DNA of 64,000 nt from Dehalococcoidia bacterium (GCA_034434815.1 DAOTYO010000036.1:3673-67672), one strand, 5' to 3'; counted from the stretch's first letter, positions 1 through 9,209 are shown. A program made the numbers and translations. Notes: a model not told the origin generated them from the letters alone.

Positions 1-1122
1 GCCGATCGACAACCCGAGTTCACTCAGCTCGATATCGAGATGAGTTTCGTGGACGAGGAGGATGTGATCGGCCTCATCGAAGAGCTCTTCACCGAGCTCA
101 TGGCCAAGATCAAGCCGGAGATCAAGATCGTCAGACCCTTCCCGCAGCTCACCTATGCGGAGTCCATGGCCAAGTATGGCAACGATAAGCCCGATTTGCG
201 GTTCGGACTCGAAATGGCGGAGATCTCCGATATCGTCAAAGATTCTCAGTTCGGCGTCTTCCGGAATGCCGTTTCTCAGGGCGGGATCGTGAAGGGATTT
301 GCCGCCCCGGGGTGCGCCGGATACTCACGCAAGGATCAGGCGGATCTCGTGGAGTTCGTCCGGGTGCGGGGGGCCAAGGGACTGGTGACTATGGCGCTCG
401 AAGGTGACCCGGGGGATTCGCTGGAGAACCTCACCCTCGAAAATGTGCGCTCGCAGGTGACCAAGTTTTTCACCCTCGACCAAATCCGGGCCATGGCGCA
501 GCGGCTCGGCGCCCGGCCGGGAGACCTCATGCTCATCGGGGCGGATCAGCCCGCCATCGTCAACACGGCGATGAGTCAACTCCGCGTGGAGATGGGGCGA
601 AGGCTCGGCCTGGCCGACCCCAATCGGATGGTCTTTGCGTTCATTCGGGATTATCCCCTCTTCGAGTGGAACGCGGAATTGGGGAAGTGGGATTCCACCC
701 ATCATCCCTTCACCGCCCCCCGCGATGAAGATATTCCCCTCCTCGATACCGATCCCGGAAGGGTCAAGGCCAAGCATTACGATTTCGTGTGCAACGGATA
801 CGAGATTTCGAGCGGCTCGATTCGAATCCATAACGCCGATCTTCAACTCAAGATCTTCAAGATTTTGGGGTATCAAGAGGCGGAGATCCGGGAGCTCTTC
901 TCCCATCTTCTCGAAGCCCTTGAGAACGGCGCTCCGCCGCACGGCGGGATCGCGCCGGGGATCGATCGTTTTCTGATGCTATTGGCCGGTGAGGAGACGA
1001 TCCGGGAGGTCATCGCTTTCCCCAAGACGAAGATGGCCACCGATTTGATGACCAATTCCCCGGACGTCGTCTCCGAGCAGCAATTGCGGGAGCTTCATCT
1101 GATGATCCGTCCCGATCAGTGA
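1..1122 (+). CDS. aspS: aspartyl-tRNA synthetase, C-terminal catalytic portion (5' end lies outside window)
   Basis: Reading frame is open from nt 1 in frame with ORF 40..1122. Class II aaRS motifs are present (…GGIAPGIDRFLMLL…, …FPKT…), with AspRS-like insertion and C-terminus. Confidence 0.9.
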   Translation, partial: ADRQPEFTQLDIEMSFVDEEDVIGLIEELFTELMAKIKPEIKIVRPFPQLTYAESMAKYGNDKPDLRFGLEMAEISDIVKDSQFGVFRNAVSQGGIVKGFAAPGCAGYSRKDQADLVEFVRVRGAKGLVTMALEGDPGDSLENLTLENVRSQVTKFFTLDQIRAMAQRLGARPGDLMLIGADQPAIVNTAMSQLRVEMGRRLGLADPNRMVFAFIRDYPLFEWNAELGKWDSTHHPFTAPRDEDIPLLDTDPGRVKAKHYDFVCNGYEISSGSIRIHNADLQLKIFKILGYQEAEIRELFSHLLEALENGAPPHGGIAPGIDRFLMLLAGEETIREVIAFPKTKMATDLMTNSPDVVSEQQLRELHLMIRPDQ

Positions 1123-1143
1123 GGAGCCGGGGGGAAACCGCAA

Positions 1144-1830
1144 ATGGCATTGGACCTTCTCGAGAAGGCGCACCTTCTGGGGCGATCCATTTTGTTTGCC
1201 GGGCTAGCGGCGGAGGATCTGGGCAAGCTTGCGGCCATCGCCGCCGAGCGGAGCTTTTCAGCGGACGAAACGATCCTCTGGGAAGGGGACCCCCCGGAAT
1301 GGTTTTACGTTGTGGCGGAGGGGAAAGTGAAAGTGGTCAAGTTCGCTAGTTCCGGCAAGGAGCTGATCGTGGCCATTTTCACCCCCGGCCATACCTTCGG
1401 GGAAGTGGCCGTCTTCGATGGAATTCCCTATCCGGCCACGGCGATTTCCGTGGGGAAAAGCACGGTACTGGGCTTCAAGCGGGATGCTTTTCTGAAGTTC
1501 TTGAGCGAGAACCCCACGGTGGCCCTCAAGATCATCAATCTCCTCGGCGGACGGTTGAGGGATGCCCACGATCGTCTGCGGGACATGGCGGGCGAGCGGG
1601 CCGAACAGCGGATCGCCAATACTCTTCTCATGCTTTCCGCAAAGCTCGGTCCGACGATCCCCTTCACCCGGCAAGAGATCGCCGCCATGACGGGCGTCAC
1701 CACCGAGACCACCATCCGGCTGACAACGCGGCTCAAGGACTCCGGCATCATCGATACCCAGCGGGGTCGGATCACCATTCTCGATGAAGCCCGGTTGAAG
1801 GCATTGGGCGAGGGTTCGGTGATCGAATAG
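1144..1830 (+). CDS. Crp/Fnr-family transcriptional regulator (cNMP-binding domain + C-terminal HTH)
   Basis: N-terminal cNMP-binding beta-barrel signature (…GKVKVVK…FGEVAVFDG…) and C-terminal HTH (…RQEIAAMTGVTTETTIRLT…); 228 aa. Confidence 0.85.
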   Translation: MALDLLEKAHLLGRSILFAGLAAEDLGKLAAIAAERSFSADETILWEGDPPEWFYVVAEGKVKVVKFASSGKELIVAIFTPGHTFGEVAVFDGIPYPATAISVGKSTVLGFKRDAFLKFLSENPTVALKIINLLGGRLRDAHDRLRDMAGERAEQRIANTLLMLSAKLGPTIPFTRQEIAAMTGVTTETTIRLTTRLKDSGIIDTQRGRITILDEARLKALGEGSVIE

Positions 1831-1907
1831 GATGCCTCAGGGAGACTTGCCGCGATCCGCTTTTCGATCGTTCGTTGGGGGAGGGGCTTAGCGAGGGAGG
1901 GGAAAGA

Positions 1908-1950
1908 AAGGGTTGGTTCGGGGATTTGCGGTTTCCCCGGACCAACCCTC
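1908..1950. terminator. GC-rich hairpin between convergent genes (candidate bidirectional intrinsic terminator)
   Basis: GGGTTGGTTCGGGGA-N8-TCCCCGGACCAACCC is a near-perfect 15-bp stem. The minus-strand side is followed by a U-rich TTTCTTTCC tract. Confidence 0.5.
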
Positions 1951-1992
1951 TTGATTCAAAATCGCTACCGGTCAAAAGTCCCGAAGTCTCGT

Positions 1993-2673
1993 TTAGAGCT
2001 CGATGTTCTCTGTAGTTCCCTTCGGCCGGCGCAGGCGGAACCATGCAAATCCGCCCAACCCCACGATGCCAACGCCGATCAAGGTCAGGGTCGGGAACTC
2101 CGGCACGGGCGGCACCGGCTCTTCATAGCAGAAGATGATGTGGCTGATCTCCGGCACCCCCCCTGTTTTACAGAACCACCATTTCCAATGGACGTTCGGC
2201 GGGGCGTGAAGTTCTCCGTCCTCAGTGGCACCATCGTAGAAATAGACGTTGGCGCCTTGGTTGCCGCCCTTGACGATCACATAGCACACGGGGATGTTGG
2301 ATTGCCAGCTGAAGTACTTGCCATCTGGGGAGGCGTCAATTGTCACCGTGAACTCGCCATCCGGACTGGTGTAGGTGCCGTCCTTTATCAGGCAATCGCA
2401 GCAATCGCACCAGGACCACCAGGAGCAGTCCTTGTACCATGGTTGTTTCTCGCACTCGATTTTGAGGCTGTTCCCGCAATCCCCGACATCGCTGCATCGG
2501 GGGTTATCCGGATAGACAACCGGCGTGATGCCGCCGCTCGATGGATCGCCCGGCGTGGGTGGGCATGATGGCAAGCACTGGATCACGGGGTCGCTCACCG
2601 ATTCGGCAAGCGCCATCGCCGGCACCATGGCCAGGATTCCCGCCAGTAGCATCGCGAGTAGAATTCTTTTCAT
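1993..2673 (-). CDS. secreted Cys-rich protein with PEF/PEP-CTERM-like C-terminal sorting signal
   Basis: Start chosen at the ATG preceded by AAGGGAG (ORF track extends 12 codons further). N-terminal signal peptide (MKRILLAMLLAGILAMVPAMALA). Cys-rich core (…CSWWSWCDCCDC…). C-terminus VPEFPTLTLIGVGIVGLGGFAWFRLRRPKG = PEx motif + TM helix + Arg cluster. Region looks lower in GC than its neighbours (by eye). Confidence 0.6.
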   Translation of the reverse strand: MKRILLAMLLAGILAMVPAMALAESVSDPVIQCLPSCPPTPGDPSSGGITPVVYPDNPRCSDVGDCGNSLKIECEKQPWYKDCSWWSWCDCCDCLIKDGTYTSPDGEFTVTIDASPDGKYFSWQSNIPVCYVIVKGGNQGANVYFYDGATEDGELHAPPNVHWKWWFCKTGGVPEISHIIFCYEEPVPPVPEFPTLTLIGVGIVGLGGFAWFRLRRPKGTTENIEL

Positions 2674-2910
2674 TCGCCGATCTCCCTTTTGCTCGTGTTC
2701 CGATTTCACGCGTTCAAGCGCAGAGAAACTTCAACGGCGTAGCGGTTGCGTGACACTCCTCAGCCGCCCCTCTGTCACTTGCCCGAACGAGACTAATATA
2801 CTATGCCAAGGTAAAAAAACGGGTAAACGAATCGTAAATGATCCGTGGGGGGCGTCTCATGCGCTTCGAAGGTGGGGCCGCCTTTCCTTATTTCCCCGGA
2901 TTCTAGTAGA

Positions 2911-5517
2911 ATGGACTCGATGAAAGAGGGCCTCACCCCCATCCGCCGGCAGTACCTGCGCATCAAACAGCAGTATCCGGATGCCATCGTGTTCTTCCGG
3001 CTGGGCGATTTCTATGAGACCTTCGAATCGGATGCCGAGCTTGTGGCCCGCGAGCTCCAGATCGTGCTTACCTCCCGATCTATGGGCAAGGGCCAGCGGT
3101 TCCCGATGGCGGGTATCCCCTATCATGCGGTGGAAGGGTATCTGGCGAAGCTCATTCAGGCGGGCCATAAGGTCGCTATCTGCGAACAACTCACCGATCC
3201 CCGGAGCGGCAAGGGGCTCGTGGAGCGGGATGTCGTCCGTGTGGTCACCCCCGGAACCGTTCTGGAGCCCGGCCTTCTTGCGAGCACTTCCAACAACTAT
3301 CTTGTGGCGCTGATCATCGAGGGCGAGCGCGCGGGGATCGCATATGCGGATATCAGCACCGGCGAATTCGCCGCTACCCAGCTCGATGCCGGCCGCGTGA
3401 GCGCCGAGCTCGAGCGGCTCGGCCCATCCGAAGTCCTTGTTCCCAGAGATGGCCAGAGCCCGCCCCTCCCCGTTCGTCCCACCCCTTTGGATCCTCGATG
3501 GTTTGAGCTTGAAACCGCCCGCGAGGCCCTTCTCGATCATTTCGAGGTGAGCACGCTCGATGGTTACGGGTGCAGCGATCGGCCGCTGGCCGTCCGGGCC
3601 GCCGGAGCGATCATCCGGTATCTTGCCGAAACCCAGAAAGGTTCCCTCAGCCGTTTGCCCGGCCTTTCAACGTATTCGGTGGATTCCTTCATGGTCCTCG
3701 ATACCCAGACCCGGCGCAATCTGGAGATCTTCGAATCCACTCAGCTCGGCCGGCAGGGCGCCTCTTTGCTCTCGGTGATCGATCTCACGAAGACGCCGAT
3801 GGGCGGAAGATTGCTCAAGAAGTGGCTCGGCCAACCGCTCCTCGAGATCGGGCCGCTTACCCGCCGGCTCGATGCGGTGGAGTGGCTCGCCGCCGAGGCC
3901 ACCCGCCGCGTCGAACTCCGCACGATTCTGGCCGGGATCCCCGATCTCGAACGGTTGGTCAATCGGGTGAAGTCCGGTGTAGCGGTGCCTCGAGAGCTCA
4001 TCGCCCTGCGCCGCGGCCTCGAATCCGTGCCTCAGATCAAGGCCCTCGCCGAAGCCGAATCTTCTCCGCTGGGCTGGATAACGCCGTGCCTCAGGCCATG
4101 CCATGAGACGGTCGAACTGATCGGCCGGGCCATCGCCGAAGAGCCCGAATCCCAATCCATCATTAAGCCCGGATTCTCCCCGGATCTAGACGCGATTCGT
4201 TCGGCTTCCCGCAACGCCAAACAATACCTTGCCGATCTCGAGCGCAAGGAGCGCGAACGCACGGGCATCAAATCCCTCAAGGTGGGATATAACAAGGTCT
4301 TCGGTTACTATATCGAGGTGACGACTCCGAATTTGGATCGGATCCCTTCGGACTATATCCGCAAGCAGACGCTGGTCGGCGCGGAGCGGTTCTTCACGCC
4401 GGAGCTCAAGGAGTATGAATCGCTCATCCTGAATGCCGATGAGCGCATCGCCGAGATGGAGGCCGCTATCTTGCGTCAGATCTGCCGTCAGGTGGGCGAT
4501 GCCTCCGAGTCCATCCTTCTTACGGCTCAGGCCATCGCCGAGCTCGATGTTCTGGCCGCCTTCGCCGAGGCGGCGGTCCGCTACAGATACGTTCGGCCTC
4601 AGCTCACCACCGATGATACCATCCGGATCGTCGCCGGACGGCATCCCGTGGTGGAACAGACCCTCCCCCCCGGAAGCTTTGTTCCCAACGACACCTATCT
4701 TTCGAACGGCGATGCTCAGATCATCCTCCTCACCGGTCCGAACATGGCGGGGAAATCCACATACATGCGTCAGGTTGCGCTCATCGTCCTCATGGCCCAG
4801 ATCGGAAGCTTTGTCCCGGCCGATGCCGCCACCATCGGACTCGTGGATCGCATCTTCACCCGAGTGGGGCTCGTGGATGATCTGGCCGCCGGCCGTTCCA
4901 CGTTCATGATCGAAATGACCGAGACGGCGAATATCTTGAACAACGCCACATCACGATCGCTCATCGTTCTCGATGAGATCGGCCGGGGCACGAGCACATA
5001 CGACGGACTTTCCATCGCCCACGCCGTCATCGAGCATATCCATAATCACCCTCGTCTCGGCGCCAAAACCCTGTTCGCCACCCACTATCACGAGTTGGTG
5101 GCTCTGGCGGATGTTCTCCCGCGGGTGAAGAATTTCAACGTGGCGGTCGCCGATGAAGGGGAGAAGGTGATTTTCTTGCGGAAGATTGTTCCCGGCGGCG
5201 CCGACCGGAGCTATGGCATTCATGTGGCGCGGCTGGCCGGATTGCCCCGGTCCGTGATCCGCAGGGCCGAAGAAGTCCTCAAGGGCCTCGAGGATGGGTC
5301 CCGTCCAATGGCCCGATCCGTTTCGAAGAAGGCCCCAAGGCGGCCGACCGTTCCCGCCCAGATCCCGCTGTTCGGGGTCAAACCCCCCGTGATCGAGGAA
5401 CTCGAATCGCTCGATATCGATTCGCTCACCCCGCTGGAGGCCATCACCAAGCTGTACGAGCTCCAGAAGAAAGCACGGAACCATGAGCAAACACGAAAGG
5501 AATATGGGGCGTCATGA
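2911..5517 (+). CDS. mutS: DNA mismatch repair protein MutS
   Basis: N-terminal mismatch-binding motif (…GDFYETF…), Walker A (…LTGPNMAGKSTYMRQ…), …DEIGRGTSTYDG… and ABC-type ATPase domain. Start taken at the ATG (2911) after TAGAAT; the ORF track extends to 2845. Confidence 0.95.
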   Translation: MDSMKEGLTPIRRQYLRIKQQYPDAIVFFRLGDFYETFESDAELVARELQIVLTSRSMGKGQRFPMAGIPYHAVEGYLAKLIQAGHKVAICEQLTDPRSGKGLVERDVVRVVTPGTVLEPGLLASTSNNYLVALIIEGERAGIAYADISTGEFAATQLDAGRVSAELERLGPSEVLVPRDGQSPPLPVRPTPLDPRWFELETAREALLDHFEVSTLDGYGCSDRPLAVRAAGAIIRYLAETQKGSLSRLPGLSTYSVDSFMVLDTQTRRNLEIFESTQLGRQGASLLSVIDLTKTPMGGRLLKKWLGQPLLEIGPLTRRLDAVEWLAAEATRRVELRTILAGIPDLERLVNRVKSGVAVPRELIALRRGLESVPQIKALAEAESSPLGWITPCLRPCHETVELIGRAIAEEPESQSIIKPGFSPDLDAIRSASRNAKQYLADLERKERERTGIKSLKVGYNKVFGYYIEVTTPNLDRIPSDYIRKQTLVGAERFFTPELKEYESLILNADERIAEMEAAILRQICRQVGDASESILLTAQAIAELDVLAAFAEAAVRYRYVRPQLTTDDTIRIVAGRHPVVEQTLPPGSFVPNDTYLSNGDAQIILLTGPNMAGKSTYMRQVALIVLMAQIGSFVPADAATIGLVDRIFTRVGLVDDLAAGRSTFMIEMTETANILNNATSRSLIVLDEIGRGTSTYDGLSIAHAVIEHIHNHPRLGAKTLFATHYHELVALADVLPRVKNFNVAVADEGEKVIFLRKIVPGGADRSYGIHVARLAGLPRSVIRRAEEVLKGLEDGSRPMARSVSKKAPRRPTVPAQIPLFGVKPPVIEELESLDIDSLTPLEAITKLYELQKKARNHEQTRKEYGAS

Positions 5518-6290
5518 GGCAGCATACGCTGGAGGATCTCAGAAAGTGGTTCGAGCGCTATGTGGCCGGCTTCAAATCCGGGGATGCCGTCCGTGATGCG
5601 AGTTTCACTCTGAAGGAGGAGCACACCCATCGGGTGTGCCGGGAGATCCTCTATATCGGGGAAGAATTGAGGTTGGCCCCGGAAGAACGGGCTCTGGCCG
5701 AAGCCATCGCCCTTCTCCATGATACCGGTCGGTTCGAGCAATTTGCCCGGTACGGCACCTTCAACGATCGGGAGTCGGCCGATCACGCGGCGCTGGGCGT
5801 CCGGATCCTTCGGGAGAAAGGGGCTCTGGCCGCCGTTGATCCCCCGGAGCGGGAATTGATCCTGCGGGCGATTGCCTATCACAACCGTCCGGTCCTCCCC
5901 ACCGATGAGTCCGAGCGGTGCCTCCTTTTCAGCCGCATGATCCGGGATGCGGATAAGCTCGATATCTGGGGGGTGTTTTTGGATCACTATGCCCGCAGAG
6001 ATTCGGATGAGGCGGTGATCCACTTCCTTCCCGATACGCCGGGCTTTTCGGAGAAGGTCCGCCGGCAACTGATCGGGCGATCCATCGTGAATTATGCCGA
6101 TATCACCAATCTCAACGATTTCAAGCTTCTTCAGCTCGGGTGGATCTTCGATCTGAACTTCCCCCCCTCGTTCCGAAGGTTCAGGGAGCGGCGCTATATG
6201 GAACGATATCGCGAGTTTCTGCCTCGATCGGAGAAGATCTCTGAAGTCTTCGCGGCGGTCGAAGCGTATCTTGCGGCGAAGGGAATCTGA
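5514..6290 (+). CDS. HD-domain metal-dependent phosphohydrolase
   Basis: …LLHDTGR… HD motif and downstream D residues. Overlaps the mutS stop by 4 nt (ATGA). Confidence 0.7.
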   Translation: MRQHTLEDLRKWFERYVAGFKSGDAVRDASFTLKEEHTHRVCREILYIGEELRLAPEERALAEAIALLHDTGRFEQFARYGTFNDRESADHAALGVRILREKGALAAVDPPERELILRAIAYHNRPVLPTDESERCLLFSRMIRDADKLDIWGVFLDHYARRDSDEAVIHFLPDTPGFSEKVRRQLIGRSIVNYADITNLNDFKLLQLGWIFDLNFPPSFRRFRERRYMERYREFLPRSEKISEVFAAVEAYLAAKGI

Positions 6291-7342
6291 TGGTGACCCG
6301 CACGAGGATCGGCCCCCTCACCATTGGCACGCTGCAGATCGAGGTGCCCTTGATGTTAGCGCCGATGGCCGGTTTCACCACGCCGGTGTTCCGGGCGATC
6401 TGCCGGCGGATGGGAAGCGGTATCGTGTTCACCGAGATGGTCCCCTCCGAGGGCATCCGCCGGCGCCTTCCCCAGACGATGCTTTATCTTGAAACGATGC
6501 CGGAGGAACGGCCGGTGGGCGCCCATATCTACGGGAACGACCCCGATTCGATGGCGGCCGCCGCCGCGATCATCGAATCCTTGCACCGGTTCGATCTCAT
6601 CGATATCAATTGTGGGTGCCCCGTTCCCAAGATCATGAACAAGGGGGCCGGAGTCGGCCTCATGCGCGATCCCCGGAAGATCGGGGCCATCGTTCGGAAG
6701 ATCCGGGAGGCGACATCGCTCCCCGTGACCGTGAAGATGCGTCTGGGGCTATCGCACCGGGAGTTCACCGCTCCGGAAGCGGCCCAAGCGGCCGAGGAGG
6801 CGGGAGCCTCGGCGATCTTTCTCCACGCGCGTTTCGCCACCCAGCGCCACAGCGGACCCGTGGACCTCGAGGCCCTCGAACGGATCAAGTCCGAGCGATC
6901 CATTCCCGTGATCGGCAACGGCGGGATCACCGATGCCGCTCGGGCGGCCGCCATGATCGAAGCCACGGGGGTGGATGGGGTGATGATCGGGCAAGGTGCG
7001 ATCGGCAACCCGTGGGTCTTCAAAGAGATCCGCAGTGCATGGGTGGGGCTTCCCTACGAGCCGCCGTCGCCGGAGGAGCGCTTCGCCATCATCTCGGAAC
7101 ATTTGCGAGGCCTTTACGCTCTCTTTTCAGAGAAGAACCGGTGCAAGAGACGGCCCAGTCCGCACATCGAACGACTTGCATGTCAGGCGTTCCGGGCCCA
7201 TTTGGGGAGGTATCTGCGGGGGGCGAGGGGCATCAAAGCGCTTCAGCGGAACTTGATGCAAATGGAAACCATCGAAGATGTGCTCCATGCCGTAGCCGAG
7301 ATCCTCGAAATCCGGACGAAAGGAGGAGACACCCCTCAATGA
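6290..7342 (+). CDS. dus: tRNA-dihydrouridine synthase
   Basis: …LMLAPMAGFTTPVFR…, …DINCGCPVPKI… and …VTVKMRLG… are typical Dus/FMN TIM-barrel motifs. Confidence 0.85.
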   Translation: MVTRTRIGPLTIGTLQIEVPLMLAPMAGFTTPVFRAICRRMGSGIVFTEMVPSEGIRRRLPQTMLYLETMPEERPVGAHIYGNDPDSMAAAAAIIESLHRFDLIDINCGCPVPKIMNKGAGVGLMRDPRKIGAIVRKIREATSLPVTVKMRLGLSHREFTAPEAAQAAEEAGASAIFLHARFATQRHSGPVDLEALERIKSERSIPVIGNGGITDAARAAAMIEATGVDGVMIGQGAIGNPWVFKEIRSAWVGLPYEPPSPEERFAIISEHLRGLYALFSEKNRCKRRPSPHIERLACQAFRAHLGRYLRGARGIKALQRNLMQMETIEDVLHAVAEILEIRTKGGDTPQ

Positions 7343-8490
7343 TCCGAACCCCGGAGGCCCTCGCTGCTTTCATCGAGCGGGCCGCGCAGGCCAAGTGCGT
7401 CGGACTCGATACCGAGTTCGTTTGGGAACGGACGTACTATCCCGCCCTCGGGTTGGTGCAAGCCGCCCTTTCCGAAAGGGAGGTCTTCCTCATTGATGTG
7501 CCCGCTCTGGGGGATATCTCTCCGCTCGGTCGGGTTCTCTCCGATCCGACCATTGTGAAGATCCTTCATGATGCCCAGCAAGACCTGACCATCCTGCGGC
7601 GCGCCACCGGTGCTTTCCCCCGGAACATCTTCGATACCCGGCTTGCCGCCGGATTTGTGGGGATGAGTTCCACCGTCTCGCTGGAGGAGCTTCTGCGGGA
7701 GGTCCTCGGCGTTCGATTGCCCAAGACCGAGACGCGAACGGATTGGCTCCGGAGGCCCCTCTCCGAACGGCAGATCGCGTACGCCATGGACGATGTCCGG
7801 TATCTTCCCCGGTTGCGTCAGACCATCCTTTCCAAGGCCGGTTCCCGCGGCGCGTGGATCGAGGAGGAATCCGCGATCTATGACAATCCCGAATTGTATC
7901 GGGACCCGGATCCATGGGAGCAATTCCGGAGGATCAAAGGCGCCGGAAAACTTCCGCCCGGCAAACGCGCTGTGCTCCGGGAGCTTGCCGCATGGCGGGA
8001 ACAGCAAGCGCAATCGGCCGATTCACCGCGCCTCTGGATGATCTCCGATGAAGTGCTCATGAATTTGGCCAAGCAAGCTCCCCGGACGGCGGAGGAGATG
8101 CGCCGGATAAAAGGCCTTTCCGATCGTGAGATCGAAGCTTACGGAGCCGCGATCGTCCGTGCCATACGGGTTGCTCTGGCCCGGCCGCGTCATGAGTGGC
8201 CTTTGGACGAAGAGCACTTCAAGGAAGATAACGGTTTGGCTGCCCGCATCGACCTTGTGCTGGCCTTCATGAGGGGGAAATGTCTGGCCGCGGGGATCGA
8301 TCCCGCGCTCGTTGCTTCGCGGTCCGAGATCGCCGCTCTGGTTCAAGAGGGGAGCAATGCCGATCATGGACGGCACCGGCTTCTCGGGGGATGGCGGGGG
8401 GAGTTCATCGGCCGGGAGATCCTGAGGCTACTCGAAGGAGCCATCGCCATCCGCCTCGATACGAAAACGGGATTGCCCACGGCGGATTAA
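7339..8490 (+). CDS. rnd: ribonuclease D (DEDDy 3'-5' exonuclease + HRDC domain)
   Basis: …VGLDTEFVW… (Exo I), …HDAQQDL… and …YAMDDVRYL… (Exo III, Y) motifs, plus a C-terminal HRDC-like region. The in-frame ATG overlaps the dus stop (ATGA). The longer 6610..8490 ORF is a frame artefact over dus. Confidence 0.8.
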   Translation: MIRTPEALAAFIERAAQAKCVGLDTEFVWERTYYPALGLVQAALSEREVFLIDVPALGDISPLGRVLSDPTIVKILHDAQQDLTILRRATGAFPRNIFDTRLAAGFVGMSSTVSLEELLREVLGVRLPKTETRTDWLRRPLSERQIAYAMDDVRYLPRLRQTILSKAGSRGAWIEEESAIYDNPELYRDPDPWEQFRRIKGAGKLPPGKRAVLRELAAWREQQAQSADSPRLWMISDEVLMNLAKQAPRTAEEMRRIKGLSDREIEAYGAAIVRAIRVALARPRHEWPLDEEHFKEDNGLAARIDLVLAFMRGKCLAAGIDPALVASRSEIAALVQEGSNADHGRHRLLGGWRGEFIGREILRLLEGAIAIRLDTKTGLPTAD

Positions 8491-8553
8491 TGCCATTCCG
8501 GGGCGCGGGGTTCGAGGGAGCGGTGCGGACTTCTTTCCGAAGGAGCGAATGCG

Positions 8554-8976
8554 ATGACCCGAATGATGGATTATCTCACCGGAATTGTGCGGGGGGATAT
8601 CCCCCCGCCGCCTATCGAGCAGACGCTGGGATTCAGGATGGTCGCCGTTGAACGCGGGCGCGCGGTGATGGAGCTTACGCTCGATGACCGCCATGCCAAC
8701 CCTTTCGGCACCGGGCACGGCGGCCTGATCGCAGACCTCGCCGATGCCGCCATGGGCGCCGCTTGTCACAGCACCCTCGCCGATGACCAGAAATGCTCCA
8801 CATTGGAGCTGAAAATCAGCTTTCTCAGGCCCGCTCTCAGCGGGGTGCTCCGGGCCGAGGGCAAAGTGCTCAAGGACGGCCGCACCGTAAGCTTCCTTGA
8901 ATGCGATGTGACCGATGCCGGAGGCGATCTCATCGCCCGGGCCACGGCAACGCTGCTCAAGTCCCGCGCCCGATAG
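8554..8976 (+). CDS. PaaI/4HBT-type hotdog-fold thioesterase
   Basis: 140 aa; …NPFGTGHGGLIADLADAAMG… is the hotdog thioesterase core motif. Confidence 0.75.
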   Translation: MTRMMDYLTGIVRGDIPPPPIEQTLGFRMVAVERGRAVMELTLDDRHANPFGTGHGGLIADLADAAMGAACHSTLADDQKCSTLELKISFLRPALSGVLRAEGKVLKDGRTVSFLECDVTDAGGDLIARATATLLKSRAR

Positions 8977-8987
8977 TTTTTCGGAAA

Positions 8988-9197
8988 GCCCCAAAACGCG
9001 ATTGAAGAGGAGTGTGCACGAGATATCTCCCTCGGGGGATGGGGGTCTCCCCTAAGAGAACCCTTTGGTCGGGTGGGATCGGAGAAGCCGGATCGTTCAT
9101 GAGGTGTGGGGGAATTCCGGGACAAGGTCCGCAGTGAGATGATCAAGGTCCTTCACCCGAGGGTGAAGGCTCCAAAGCGGAATCGCTCTTTTCGGGG
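8988..9197 (+). mobile_element. MITE-like repeat, copy A (~210 bp, terminal inverted repeats)
   Basis: Ends CCCCAAAACGCGATTG… and …GGAATCGCTCTTTTCGGGG are inverted repeats. Internal conserved blocks GGGGGATGGGGGTCTCCCC, GGATCGTTCATG, GGAATTCCGGGACAAGGTCCG and TCACCCGAGGGTGAAGGCTCCAAAGCGG are shared with copies at 30063, 58826 (rc) and 63376. Confidence 0.7.
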
Positions 9198-9209
9198 AAA
9201 GGTCCGCCA

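Noticed and set aside
6610-7338. 5' 729 nt of the 626-aa + strand ORF 6610..8490
   Set aside because: It overlaps dus in a different frame, with an Arg/Gly/Pro-rich low-complexity translation typical of high-GC off-frame ORFs. Only the part from the in-frame ATG at 7339 (RNase D) has recognisable motifs.
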